Shown: in pieces, positions 1 through 7,730 of the stretch
Position numbering within the stretch: the stretch's first letter is position 1
Layout: the number at the start of each line of letters is the position of its first letter
Source of the DNA: Pirellula staleyi DSM 6068
Lineage (GTDB): Bacteria > Planctomycetota > Planctomycetia > Pirellulales > Pirellulaceae
Length of the DNA: 32,000 nucleotides
Assembly: GCA_000025185.1 (NCBI GenBank)
Contig: CP001848.1
Span: forward strand, 2,070,001 to 2,102,000
Direction: 5' to 3'
Notes under the pieces: generated by a model
Seen by the model: the letters and a program-made list of their open reading frames with translations, nothing else
What the model was told of the DNA's origin: nothing
Databases searched by the model: none
Made by a program: the position numbers and the translations under genes

Positions 1-137
1 GAAACTGCGGCGACACTTCTCCCCGCTCGCGGGGTAAGGTATGGTGGAGTGGTTCTGCCGCTTCGTGCGTTCGCACGTTCTTCTCCAGCGGCGAGTGACG
101 TCACGTTCGGCACGCCTCGCATTCAAGGTGCGCGATC

Positions 138-2171
138 ATGTTTCGCAGTCTTGGTCTCACCGTCGGCTGGCTCGCTCTTTTGGCTTCGACTTCGCTGGCT
201 GCGACCGACGAAAAACTGGCGAAGCGTCTCGAGCCGATTATCGCCGCCCATCAAGGGCAGGTGGCCGTGGCCATTAAGCATTTGCCGAGCGAAGCGACGT
301 TCGAATATCGGGCCGCCGATCCAATGCCGACCGCCAGCCTCATCAAGTTGCCGGTGATGATCGAAGCGTATCGGCAATCGGCGGCAGGCAAACTCGATCT
401 CGCACAAAGTATCACCTTGACCGAAAAAGATAAGGTCCCTGGAAGCGGTGTGCTAACAAAACATTTCTCTGCTGGCGCGACGCTGACACTGCGCGATGCC
501 ATTCGCTTGATGATGGCGTTCAGCGACAACACAGCGACAAACATGGTGCTCGAGCGGACCGGCATTCCGGCCGTAAATCAAACGATGGAGAAGCTCGACC
601 TTGTCGAGACCAAGATCCATTCGCAAGTCTTTCGCCCCGGCACCTCGGTGCTTCCCGAGCGCAGTAAGCAGTTTGGACTAGGGAGCACAACAGCAGCGGA
701 GACCGTTGCACTGATCGAGAAATTGCATCAGGGAAAACTTGCAACTCCTGCCATCTGTGCGGAGATGCTCCAGCACCTGTACGCCACCGAAGAAGAGAGT
801 TGCTTGCCACGACTGTTGCCCGAAGGGGTGCGCGTGGCGCAGAAAACAGGCGCTGTTTCGGCCGTGCGAACCGCAGCAGGCATTATTGAATCGAACGCTG
901 GGCCGATTCTGATTTGTGTCCTAACGAGCGAGAATCGCGACCAGCGCTGGACCAGCGATAACAGTGCAGAACTGCTGATTGCCAACATCGCCCGTGAGAC
1001 ACACGAGCATTTTGCCGCGATGCAGCAATCGACGACACCGCCAGTACCCAAAACGCTTCGGATTGGCTCGAGTGGCGATTTAGTCGCGGCGCTCCAGCGC
1101 ACTCTGAATGCTAAAAATCCTGAGGCCTCGCGACTCACCGTCGATGGCGACTATGGCCCAGCGACCGCAGCGGCGGTGAAGAAATTTCAGCTCGAACATA
1201 TGCTCAATGAAACGGGCGAGATGGACTCCAAAACCTGGCAAGCACTTGGCCCCTTAGTCGATCGCGAAAATCCGACAGCCGATCCAGCGGTGGTGAACGC
1301 CGCCGAACTTCCTCCCAAAAAGCCCGAGTCGCTCGAAGGTCCTCCGGTGGTCTCGTGCAAGTCGTGGGGGATCGCTGATGCCAAGACCGGCGCGATCATT
1401 GCCTCGTACGAGGAAGACGACAAACTCGATATCGCCAGCACGACGAAGTTGATGACCGCACTGGTGGTCGCGCGGATGGCTGGTGAAAACGCGTCGCTGC
1501 TCGACGAAGTGGTGACCATCTCCGCAGCTGCCGATGCCACGCCCGGCAGTAGCGCGTGGATACGTGAAGGGGAGAAGTTACAGCTGCGAGAACTGCTCTA
1601 CGGACTCCTCTTGCCGTCGGGGAACGATGCCTCGGTGGCAGTCGCCGAGCATATCGGCAGCAAGCTGATGCTCGACGACCGAAAGCCGGCGCCACTCGAT
1701 CGGTTCATCGCCGAAATGAATAAGGTGGCGGCTGAACTGGGGATGAGTGACACGTCGTACAAAAATCCGCACGGGCTGACCGAGGAGGGACACTTCTCGA
1801 GCGTGCGCGATCAGCTGAAGCTCGCGCGAACGATCGTCGGCACGCCGATGCTCGCCCCTTATTTCGAAGCTCGCATTCGTGGCGCGCGAATCGAAAGCGA
1901 GATGGGCTATCAGCGGAACGTCGCTTGGAAAAACTCGAATCGTTTGCTCGACTACGAGGGATATCGGGGGCTGAAAACTGGCACGACCGACGCAGCTGGG
2001 GCGTGCCTCGTCAGCCACTTTCAGCAGGGGGAGGTCGATCTGGTGTGCGTCGTCCTGGGGAGCACCAGTTCCGATGGCCGGTATGTCGACACCCGAAACT
2101 TGCTCCGCTGGGCCGCCAAGCATCGCCCTGCACCCGCTCCAGTCGACACAGCTCCGGCACCTGTGCCTTAA
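138..2171 (+). CDS. Secreted tri-domain penicillin-binding-type protein: class A beta-lactamase-like domain, PG_binding_1 domain and peptidase S11 D-alanyl-D-alanine carboxypeptidase domain
   Basis: 677-aa ORF starting at ATG 138, with an N-terminal signal peptide (MFRSLGLTVGWLALLASTSLAA). Domain 1 carries SxxK (S67-L-I-K70, nt 336-347), SDN (129-131) and KTG (236-238). The middle segment (LRIGSSGDLVAALQRTLN...DGDYGPATAAAVKKFQ) is a peptidoglycan-binding repeat. Domain 2 carries SxxK (S434-T-T-K437, nt 1437-1448), SGN (494-496) and KTG (613-615). GC3 is about 67% in the first 60 codons by hand count. Confidence 0.9.
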   Translation: MFRSLGLTVGWLALLASTSLAATDEKLAKRLEPIIAAHQGQVAVAIKHLPSEATFEYRAADPMPTASLIKLPVMIEAYRQSAAGKLDLAQSITLTEKDKVPGSGVLTKHFSAGATLTLRDAIRLMMAFSDNTATNMVLERTGIPAVNQTMEKLDLVETKIHSQVFRPGTSVLPERSKQFGLGSTTAAETVALIEKLHQGKLATPAICAEMLQHLYATEEESCLPRLLPEGVRVAQKTGAVSAVRTAAGIIESNAGPILICVLTSENRDQRWTSDNSAELLIANIARETHEHFAAMQQSTTPPVPKTLRIGSSGDLVAALQRTLNAKNPEASRLTVDGDYGPATAAAVKKFQLEHMLNETGEMDSKTWQALGPLVDRENPTADPAVVNAAELPPKKPESLEGPPVVSCKSWGIADAKTGAIIASYEEDDKLDIASTTKLMTALVVARMAGENASLLDEVVTISAAADATPGSSAWIREGEKLQLRELLYGLLLPSGNDASVAVAEHIGSKLMLDDRKPAPLDRFIAEMNKVAAELGMSDTSYKNPHGLTEEGHFSSVRDQLKLARTIVGTPMLAPYFEARIRGARIESEMGYQRNVAWKNSNRLLDYEGYRGLKTGTTDAAGACLVSHFQQGEVDLVCVVLGSTSSDGRYVDTRNLLRWAAKHRPAPAPVDTAPAPVP

Positions 2172-2188
2172 GTTGTAAGGTGTTGTTT

Positions 2189-2194
2189 TATAAT
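2189..2194 (+). promoter_or_regulatory. Candidate -10 element (perfect TATAAT) just downstream of the stop codon of the 138-2171 gene
   Basis: TATAAT lies at 2189-2194 in an AT-rich patch (gttgttttataatatctt). I found no convincing -35 hexamer at 16-18 nt spacing. Planctomycete promoter consensus is poorly known. Confidence 0.2.
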
Positions 2195-2408
2195 ATCTTG
2201 CGTCGATTGGGTGAGGCGTCGCAGCGCTCGCCGGTGACCGTAAACTGCCTATTTTTCGATCGCGGTTGAACAGATCGCCCGGGAGCCTTATACTTCGAGG
2301 TTTCCCCACGAGGGAACTGGCCGGGTAAGTCGTGCGCGAATTGTTGATGCTTCGCATCGAACGAGGGATCGCACCCTAAACTCTGCTGGGCTGATTGTTG
2401 GCTGGTTA

Positions 2409-2440
2409 CTAATCCGCGCGAGAAGCTCGCCTCGGATTAG
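2409..2440 (+). other. Strong stem-loop in the long non-coding region upstream of the small basic protein gene
   Basis: CTAATCCG(cg)CGAG-aag-CTCG(cct)CGGATTAG forms 8 + 4 bp arms around a small internal loop. It is followed about 10 nt later by the T-rich tract tttccctttgttg. Further hairpins lie at 2302-2316, 2343-2362 and 2474-2488. Confidence 0.35.
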
Positions 2441-2523
2441 CGAACATACATTTCCCTTTGTTGCGGCTCGGTGTCTCCTGTGAGGAGATGCCAGTCTGCC
2501 GTTTGGATTCACCCGGTGCTCCT

Positions 2524-2775
2524 ATGCCAATCGATAATAGCTTGAAGGTCAAAGCTGGTGCGATTTCGAATCGCAACGTTCTCACGCGTGCAGAACGCCT
2601 GGAGAAACTCAAGGAAGCCGATCGCTGGAAGGAAGGCGATAAGGTCCTCGGCATGCCCAAGGTGCGCGTCGTGAAGATCTCGATGAAGAAGAAGAAGAAA
2701 GTGAAGACCGAGGAAGAGGGTGGTGCTGCCGGTGCCAAGGGCGCCAAGGGTGGCAAGGCTGCTCCCAAGAAGTAG
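2524..2775 (+). CDS. Small basic protein (planctomycete/verrucomicrobial 'small basic protein' family, recognised from memory) with a Lys/Gly/Ala-rich tail
   Basis: 83 aa from ATG 2524: MPIDNSLKVKAGAISNRNVLTRAERLEKLKE...GMPKVRV. The NRNVLTRAER...LPKV core matches my recollection of that family. The tail is KKKKKVKTEEEGGAAGAKGAKGGKAAPKK. The ORF-track start at 2458 adds 22 non-conserved residues and was trimmed; ATG 2488 is a second alternative. Confidence 0.7.
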   Translation: MPIDNSLKVKAGAISNRNVLTRAERLEKLKEADRWKEGDKVLGMPKVRVVKISMKKKKKVKTEEEGGAAGAKGAKGGKAAPKK

Positions 2776-2982
2776 TCGCCCGGTTTGCCTTCCATGGCAA
2801 ACGGCTGACTTCTGCGGCGAGCATCGCCACTGCGACTCGCCCCAAGCACTTTCTCTGGCTGATCGCCACACCGCATCTGAAGCGGGTGGCTATCGTGAAC
2901 GAGTCGATCTTCGACTGCCATGTTCACCTGCGCGCTCGGCGAAACATCGCTCTCACCCATCTCCTATCAAGGTGTTCAAGCG

Positions 2983-3381
2983 ATGTCCCCAAAAGCCTCG
3001 AGCACACAGCCAACTCCTCCTTCGAGCAGAGAACTGCTCGCCTTCGAGCAGCAAGAATCACGATCGTGGTCGCGCATGCTCGCCCGGCTGTCGATTGTCG
3101 CCGCCATGCTCTGCCTCTCGATGAACTGCGTGTTCAATCAGCTCACCGCCAAGAGCGATCCAGCATCGATGCTCGGTTGGAATCGCATCGTCGGAACGTG
3201 TTCGATTGCCGTGGTGGTTCTCGGTGTGCTGATGGGGCTCTTTGCCATGGTGCGAGGGATACAGCGGCGCTCGACCGACACAGCCACCATTGCGGCGATT
3301 GGACTGGTCCTCAATCTGGGGATCATCTTCGTCACAATTTGGGCCCTCTCGATCGTGCACGACATGCAGCCAGCACCCTAA
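2983..3381 (+). CDS. Hypothetical small integral membrane protein (about 3 TM helices)
   Basis: 132 aa from ATG 2983 (MSPKASSTQP...). Three hydrophobic stretches are present: LARLSIVAAMLCLSM, IVGTCSIAVVVLGVLMGLFAMV and IAAIGLVLNLGIIFVTIWALSIV. The competing 348-aa ORF at 2886-3932 is Arg-rich and out of frame with two better genes. Confidence 0.6.
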   Translation: MSPKASSTQPTPPSSRELLAFEQQESRSWSRMLARLSIVAAMLCLSMNCVFNQLTAKSDPASMLGWNRIVGTCSIAVVVLGVLMGLFAMVRGIQRRSTDTATIAAIGLVLNLGIIFVTIWALSIVHDMQPAP

Positions 3382-3537
3382 AGCGAGTCTCTCTCGCTAA
3401 GGTGAAAGATCGCTACGCACAGGCTTTGAAAAATCACCGGGCACAAAAAAGCATGCATCTTGGGGTCGGATCTACTAGCATACGTAGACCTCTCCACAAT
3501 CCCCGCCAGTCGCCATCCCTCGCGAGATGTTCCTGCC

Positions 3538-4848
3538 ATGAAGTTATCGCTCCCCTTGCGCTTTGGGTCGATGCTTGCCTACTGTTTGCTCCTGCTCAGC
3601 ACGACACTTTCTGCTGCCGAGCCTGCCCGCGAAAATTGGCCCAACTGGCGTGGTCCGCGCGGCGATGGGACGAGCCTCGAGGCGAACATTCCCACCACGT
3701 GGAACGGCGAAACGGGGGAGAATATCGCCTGGAAAGTCGCAGTCCCAGGGAGCGGACATTCCTCACCCATCGTGCATGGGGATCACCTCTTTTTGCTGAG
3801 CTGTTTGCCTGCGAGCGAAGAAAAGCCGGTTGCCTCGCGCGTCCTCCTCGCATTCGATCGCAAAAGTGGCAAACAGCACTGGATGACCCCGATCGTCGAC
3901 GCGGAACTCGAGAAAAAGCACTCTCTCAATAGCTTCGCGTCGGGAACTCCGGCGACCGATGGCAAGGCTGTCTTCCTTTCCTTTCTCGATCCAGATTTCG
4001 CGAGCGACAAAGAAACGACACCGGGCGAAATGGTTGTCGCTGCTGTCGACTACGGCGGAAAAATCTTGTGGACCAAGCGTCCCGGCCGATTCTCGAGCAC
4101 GCATGGTTTCTGTAGCTCGCCGGTGCTCTTCGAGGATCTCGTGATCATCAATGGCGATCACGATGGCGATGCCTATATCGTGGCTTTGAACAAGGAGAGT
4201 GGAGAAGAGGTTTGGAAAACCTCGCGCGAGCATCGGACACGCAGCTATGTCACGCCAATCATTCGCGAGATCGATGGCCAGTGGCAAATGATTCTTTCAG
4301 GAAGCAAGTGTGTCGCCAGCTACGATCCCGCTACGGGAAAACAGCTCTGGCAGATGGAGGGGCCCACCGAGCAGTTTGTGGCGTCGCCAGTGTACGACGG
4401 TAAGTATGTCTATTTGACCGCCGGTTTTCCCGAGCGGCATATCTTGGCGATCGAGCCCCGCGCGAAGGGAAAAATCGGCGACGAGAAGATCATCTGGCGC
4501 ACCACCAAAGCTGCTGGCTATGTCCCCTCCCCTGTCCTGGCTGGCGAGTTTTTGTTGGTCGCTGCTGACAACGGAACAGCTTCGTGCTATGCCGCGCAGT
4601 CGGGGGAGTTGCAATGGACCGAGCGGATGGGAAAGCATTACAGCCCTTCCCTGGTGAGCGCTAGCGGCCTCGCCTACTTGCTGGCCGACGACGGCATGAT
4701 GAAGGTCGTGAAGCCGGGGCCCGTGCTCGATGTGATCGCGGAGAACAAGCTCGGCGAGTATGTCTACTCGAGCCCCGCCATCAGCCAAGGTCAGTTGTTT
4801 ATTCGTGGCGAAAAGCATCTGTTTGCGATTGGTACAAGTGATAAGTAA
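3538..4848 (+). CDS. PQQ-like beta-propeller repeat protein (BamB/PQQ_2-type), secreted
   Basis: Signal peptide MKLSLPLRFGSMLAYCLLLLSTTLSAA is followed by the ENWPNWRGPRGDG motif typical of planctomycete PQQ-like propellers, then repeated blade-like segments. It is a paralog of 26237-27487. The start was trimmed from 3460 to ATG 3538, the beginning of the signal peptide. Confidence 0.85.
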   Translation: MKLSLPLRFGSMLAYCLLLLSTTLSAAEPARENWPNWRGPRGDGTSLEANIPTTWNGETGENIAWKVAVPGSGHSSPIVHGDHLFLLSCLPASEEKPVASRVLLAFDRKSGKQHWMTPIVDAELEKKHSLNSFASGTPATDGKAVFLSFLDPDFASDKETTPGEMVVAAVDYGGKILWTKRPGRFSSTHGFCSSPVLFEDLVIINGDHDGDAYIVALNKESGEEVWKTSREHRTRSYVTPIIREIDGQWQMILSGSKCVASYDPATGKQLWQMEGPTEQFVASPVYDGKYVYLTAGFPERHILAIEPRAKGKIGDEKIIWRTTKAAGYVPSPVLAGEFLLVAADNGTASCYAAQSGELQWTERMGKHYSPSLVSASGLAYLLADDGMMKVVKPGPVLDVIAENKLGEYVYSSPAISQGQLFIRGEKHLFAIGTSDK

Positions 4849-5097
4849 CGATCGATTGATACAGACTGTGCCCTGGAGTCGCTACAAACGTTACAGCTGC
4901 TACGGGCGGTGCCGGATTAGGAAGAACGACCCGCACGGGCAAACTTTTCCGGCAGATACGACCAATCGGCGTACGAAGAATAAACCAGCACGCAAGGCAA
5001 CAGGAAGTTGCTTCGCAGGGCTAGGAATCGCGAGAGCTTAGGACGTGCCCGTGGGGGGCTATCAAAGCGTTCTAAGTTCCCAGATTGTCATGTCGGT

Positions 5098-5213
5098 CGG
5101 AGATAGGATGTGTCGCTTGCACGTCGCCCAGGCAGCAGAGTGTTCCGCTTCCCTCTGCGGCTTTTGGGTGCCAGCTGAAGGCGGTGGTCGCAAGCAACTC
5201 ATTCCTATCTCCG
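5098..5213. repeat. Nested inverted repeats in a 402-bp convergent intergenic region (candidate structured RNA or relic element)
   Basis: Outer 11-bp perfect inverted repeat: CGGAGATAGGA (5098-5108) with TCCTATCTCCG (5203-5213). Inner pair: GCTTGC (5115-5120) with GCAAGC (5190-5195). Central hairpin: GCAGAG (5135-5140) with CTCTGC (5153-5158), followed by ggCTTTTGgg. Confidence 0.35.
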
Positions 5214-5250
5214 CCGATTGACGATCTGTCGCTCGGCGATCTTCTCACAG

Positions 5251-6381
5251 CTACACAAACGTTCGCAGAAACTCGTCGAACTTCGGTAGCACTTCAAGTG
5301 GCACAGCATGTCCGCCACGATGGTTCAGCTGAGCGACAGCAGCCGGCTTCCCATAAAGTTCGTACACTTCGCGAGCTTTGTCGACCAGCGGCCAGCCTCG
5401 ATCACTGTCGGCGCTCTCACCCGCGACTAATAAAAACGGACGTGGAGCCACACAGGCCAGCAGCTCGTGATGGTCGTGATGAAACTGCTCATCCTTAGCT
5501 AGTGGGCCGAGGTACCAAGGGGCCTCCCAGTTCGAAAACGATTTGCCGATCCCACCTTCGCTGCTGATAGTGGCCCGCACACGATCGTCAAAAGCCGCGA
5601 GATAGAGGACTTCTTTCGCTCCCAGCGAGTGGCCGATCGCGCCAATCCGCTGTGGATCGACTTCTGCGCGAGCGCTAACGATGTCGACTGCTACGAGTGC
5701 ATCGTGCAGCATCTTCTCCATCCCGAGACAGTCGGGCTTACGCGACAAAAACTTTTCAGCCTGGTTCTTCGCGTCGATCTTGTCGCTCGTAGGCCAGAGG
5801 AAATTGCGGGGGGAGAAGGTTGCAAAACCTTGCTTGGCATACCGGAGTCCAAACCATTTTTCCTCGGGGCCCGCGAGACCAGCAGGCTGCGAGATCGAGT
5901 GATCGACCGTGGAATGAAACACCACCACTGCGGGCAATTTTCCCACGTATTTCTCGGGCCGAATCCAGTAGGCTTCAGTCGCGAAGCCCGGCTCGCTTTC
6001 ATAGCTGACATGTTGCCGCACACAGCCGTCGATTCGATCTTCTTTCAGGACCGTAAGTTTCGGCGGGTTGGCTGGATTGCGCGCGATCGTACCGAGTCGT
6101 TTTTGCCAGTCTGCGCGATAGGTGGCACGCTTTGTTTCCCATCCCTCGCGGGTGGTGATCTTGGCTCCCGAGCCATCGACTAGCAGCGGCACAAGAGGCG
6201 GAACATCGTCCGGCAATTTTTCGGGAAACGCTTGTAGCGCCACGATCCAGTCAGGAACTTGGGGGCGATTTGCAGCCACCGCTTTCTCCTCGCCTAGCAA
6301 GACGTGTGCGGGAAGGGCAGCAAGACTGGAGGCAGCAGCTGCGGATGCGAGAAGCTCACGACGCGAGATCGATTTGGTCAT
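5251..6381 (-). CDS. Tat-signal alpha/beta hydrolase (dienelactone hydrolase / acetyl-xylan-esterase-like fold)
   Basis: 376 aa starting at ATG 6381. The twin-arginine leader is MTKSISRRELLASAAAASSLAALPA. The nucleophile elbow is G-H-S-L-G (IGAIGHSLGAKE). It lies 30 bp downstream of the NifS-like gene on the same strand. Confidence 0.8.
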   Translation of the reverse strand: MTKSISRRELLASAAAASSLAALPAHVLLGEEKAVAANRPQVPDWIVALQAFPEKLPDDVPPLVPLLVDGSGAKITTREGWETKRATYRADWQKRLGTIARNPANPPKLTVLKEDRIDGCVRQHVSYESEPGFATEAYWIRPEKYVGKLPAVVVFHSTVDHSISQPAGLAGPEEKWFGLRYAKQGFATFSPRNFLWPTSDKIDAKNQAEKFLSRKPDCLGMEKMLHDALVAVDIVSARAEVDPQRIGAIGHSLGAKEVLYLAAFDDRVRATISSEGGIGKSFSNWEAPWYLGPLAKDEQFHHDHHELLACVAPRPFLLVAGESADSDRGWPLVDKAREVYELYGKPAAVAQLNHRGGHAVPLEVLPKFDEFLRTFV

Positions 6382-6411
6382 CAGCCAGACCCTTCGCAGT
6401 GGGGAGCGTCG

Positions 6412-7548
6412 TTAACGGAGCGTCTCCCAGGCATGAATCAGCAGACTTGCACAGCGCTCGACATCTTCTTCCGACGTGTACCATCCCACGCCGAGTCGAA
6501 TGCTACCGCGCGCCACATCGGCTGCAACTCCCATCGCCTCGAGTGTGTGCGAAATGGAGTTCGTGTCGCTGTAAGCAGCTGAGCCGGTCGACGCTTGAAG
6601 TTCCGGAATCATGCGTAGCATATCGAGCCCCACGACGCTCGGAAAACTGACGTACAGCGTGTTAGGCAGGCGGGTCGCTAGTTCGCCAAAAACGACAATG
6701 GGCTCGGGAATTCCCGCACGGAGTTCGCTGATCAACTTGTCGCGCAGCAGCGTCATCCGTTCGGCAGCGGGATCGAGGCTCTTCGACGCCAGCGATAGTG
6801 CACGCCCCAGTCCAACGATTCCAACGAGGTTTTCAGTGCCACTGCGAAGCCCTGCTTCGTGTCCACAGCCGTGCATGATCGGCTCGATCTGCACACCCCG
6901 TCGAACATAGAGCGCGCCGATACCCTTGGGAGCGTATGCCTTGTGTCCCGAGAGAGTTAGCAGATCGACTTCAAGTTCATCGACGAGCGTGCGAATTTTG
7001 CCGACGGTTTGCGTCGCATCGGTGTGGAGCAGCACGCCCCGCTCGTGGCAAATCTCCGCAATCGCACGAATCGGCTGAATCACACCCGTTTCGTTGCTCG
7101 CGTGCATTACACTGACAAGGATCGTGTCGTTTCGCAAAGCGCTGCGGACTTGCTCGGGAGGAATGACCCCTTGGTCGGTACAGGGGACGATCGAAACATC
7201 GAACCCTTGCCGCTCGAGATACTCAGCTGTGGCGCGCACACTGGCATGCTCGATTGCCGAGATCACCAAGTGTCCACCAGTGGCGCGGCTATGCCGTCCC
7301 ATGACCCCTTTGAGCGCCAGGTTGTTCGCTTCGGTGGCACCCGACGTGAAGATGACCTCGTCGACATCGCAGCCTAGTAGCGAAGCAGTTTGCCCACGGG
7401 CATCTTCCACCGCTTCGCGGCTAGCGATTCCGAGCGGATGACTGCTCGAAGGATTGCCGTAGAAATGGGCAAGAAACGGCAAAATCGCTTCCTGCACACT
7501 AGGAGCGATAGGGGTTGTTGAATTGTGGTCGAAATAGAGTTGCCGCAC
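6412..7548 (-). CDS. Class-V aminotransferase, NifS/IscS-like, but lacking the canonical catalytic cysteine
   Basis: 378 aa with a GTG start at 7548, preceded by GGAGG (complement of 7554-7558). The PLP-lysine motif SGHKAYAPKG, MHASNETG, TDATQTVGK and the C-terminal IRLGVGWYTSEED are all NifS-like. The active-site loop reads ASTGSAAYS (nt 6574-6594), where NifS/IscS have SSGSAC(T/S)S. Confidence 0.85.
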   Translation of the reverse strand: MRQLYFDHNSTTPIAPSVQEAILPFLAHFYGNPSSSHPLGIASREAVEDARGQTASLLGCDVDEVIFTSGATEANNLALKGVMGRHSRATGGHLVISAIEHASVRATAEYLERQGFDVSIVPCTDQGVIPPEQVRSALRNDTILVSVMHASNETGVIQPIRAIAEICHERGVLLHTDATQTVGKIRTLVDELEVDLLTLSGHKAYAPKGIGALYVRRGVQIEPIMHGCGHEAGLRSGTENLVGIVGLGRALSLASKSLDPAAERMTLLRDKLISELRAGIPEPIVVFGELATRLPNTLYVSFPSVVGLDMLRMIPELQASTGSAAYSDTNSISHTLEAMGVAADVARGSIRLGVGWYTSEEDVERCASLLIHAWETLR

Positions 7549-7694
7549 GTAAGCCTCCGCTCGTCAGATGATCCGTCGAACTTCAGCTTACGTAGAGATT
7601 CGGCGACTCGCTAGGCGGGCACGAGGCTTCAGCAAGCGCGCAGAGCTTGATAATCTCGCGCTCCATTGGCGAGTTGGCGCTCGGCCAAGTAAGG

Positions 7695-7716
7695 AATCAG
7701 CCGACATCCGGCGATT
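7695..7716 (-). terminator. Candidate hairpin terminator downstream of the Flp-like gene
   Basis: On the minus strand the sequence is AATCGCCG-gatgt-CGGC(t)GATT, beginning about 15 nt after the TAA stop at 7731-7733. It is followed by ccttacttgg, a weak U tract. Confidence 0.3.
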
Positions 7717-7730
7717 TGAAATGGGTCTGC

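Noticed and set aside
1-37. A possible 3' end of an upstream plus-strand gene (frame 2 is open from the window edge to TAA 35-37), with the hairpin CCCCGC-tc-GCGGGG at 21-34.
   Set aside because: Only 11 codons are visible, there is no way to recognise a family, and the hairpin loop is too tight. I cannot support this as a feature.
1578-2357. A 259-aa minus-strand ORF antisense to the DD-carboxypeptidase domain.
   Set aside because: It is a shadow of the 138-2171 gene with an Arg/Ser/Pro-biased composition. The sense frame carries complete catalytic motifs.
2886-3932. A 348-aa plus-strand ORF spanning the membrane-protein gene and the start of the PQQ propeller gene.
   Set aside because: It is out of frame with two better-supported genes. 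Its composition is very Arg-rich (RRHALPLDELRVQSAHRQERSS...). It has no signal peptide, TM helix or domain features.
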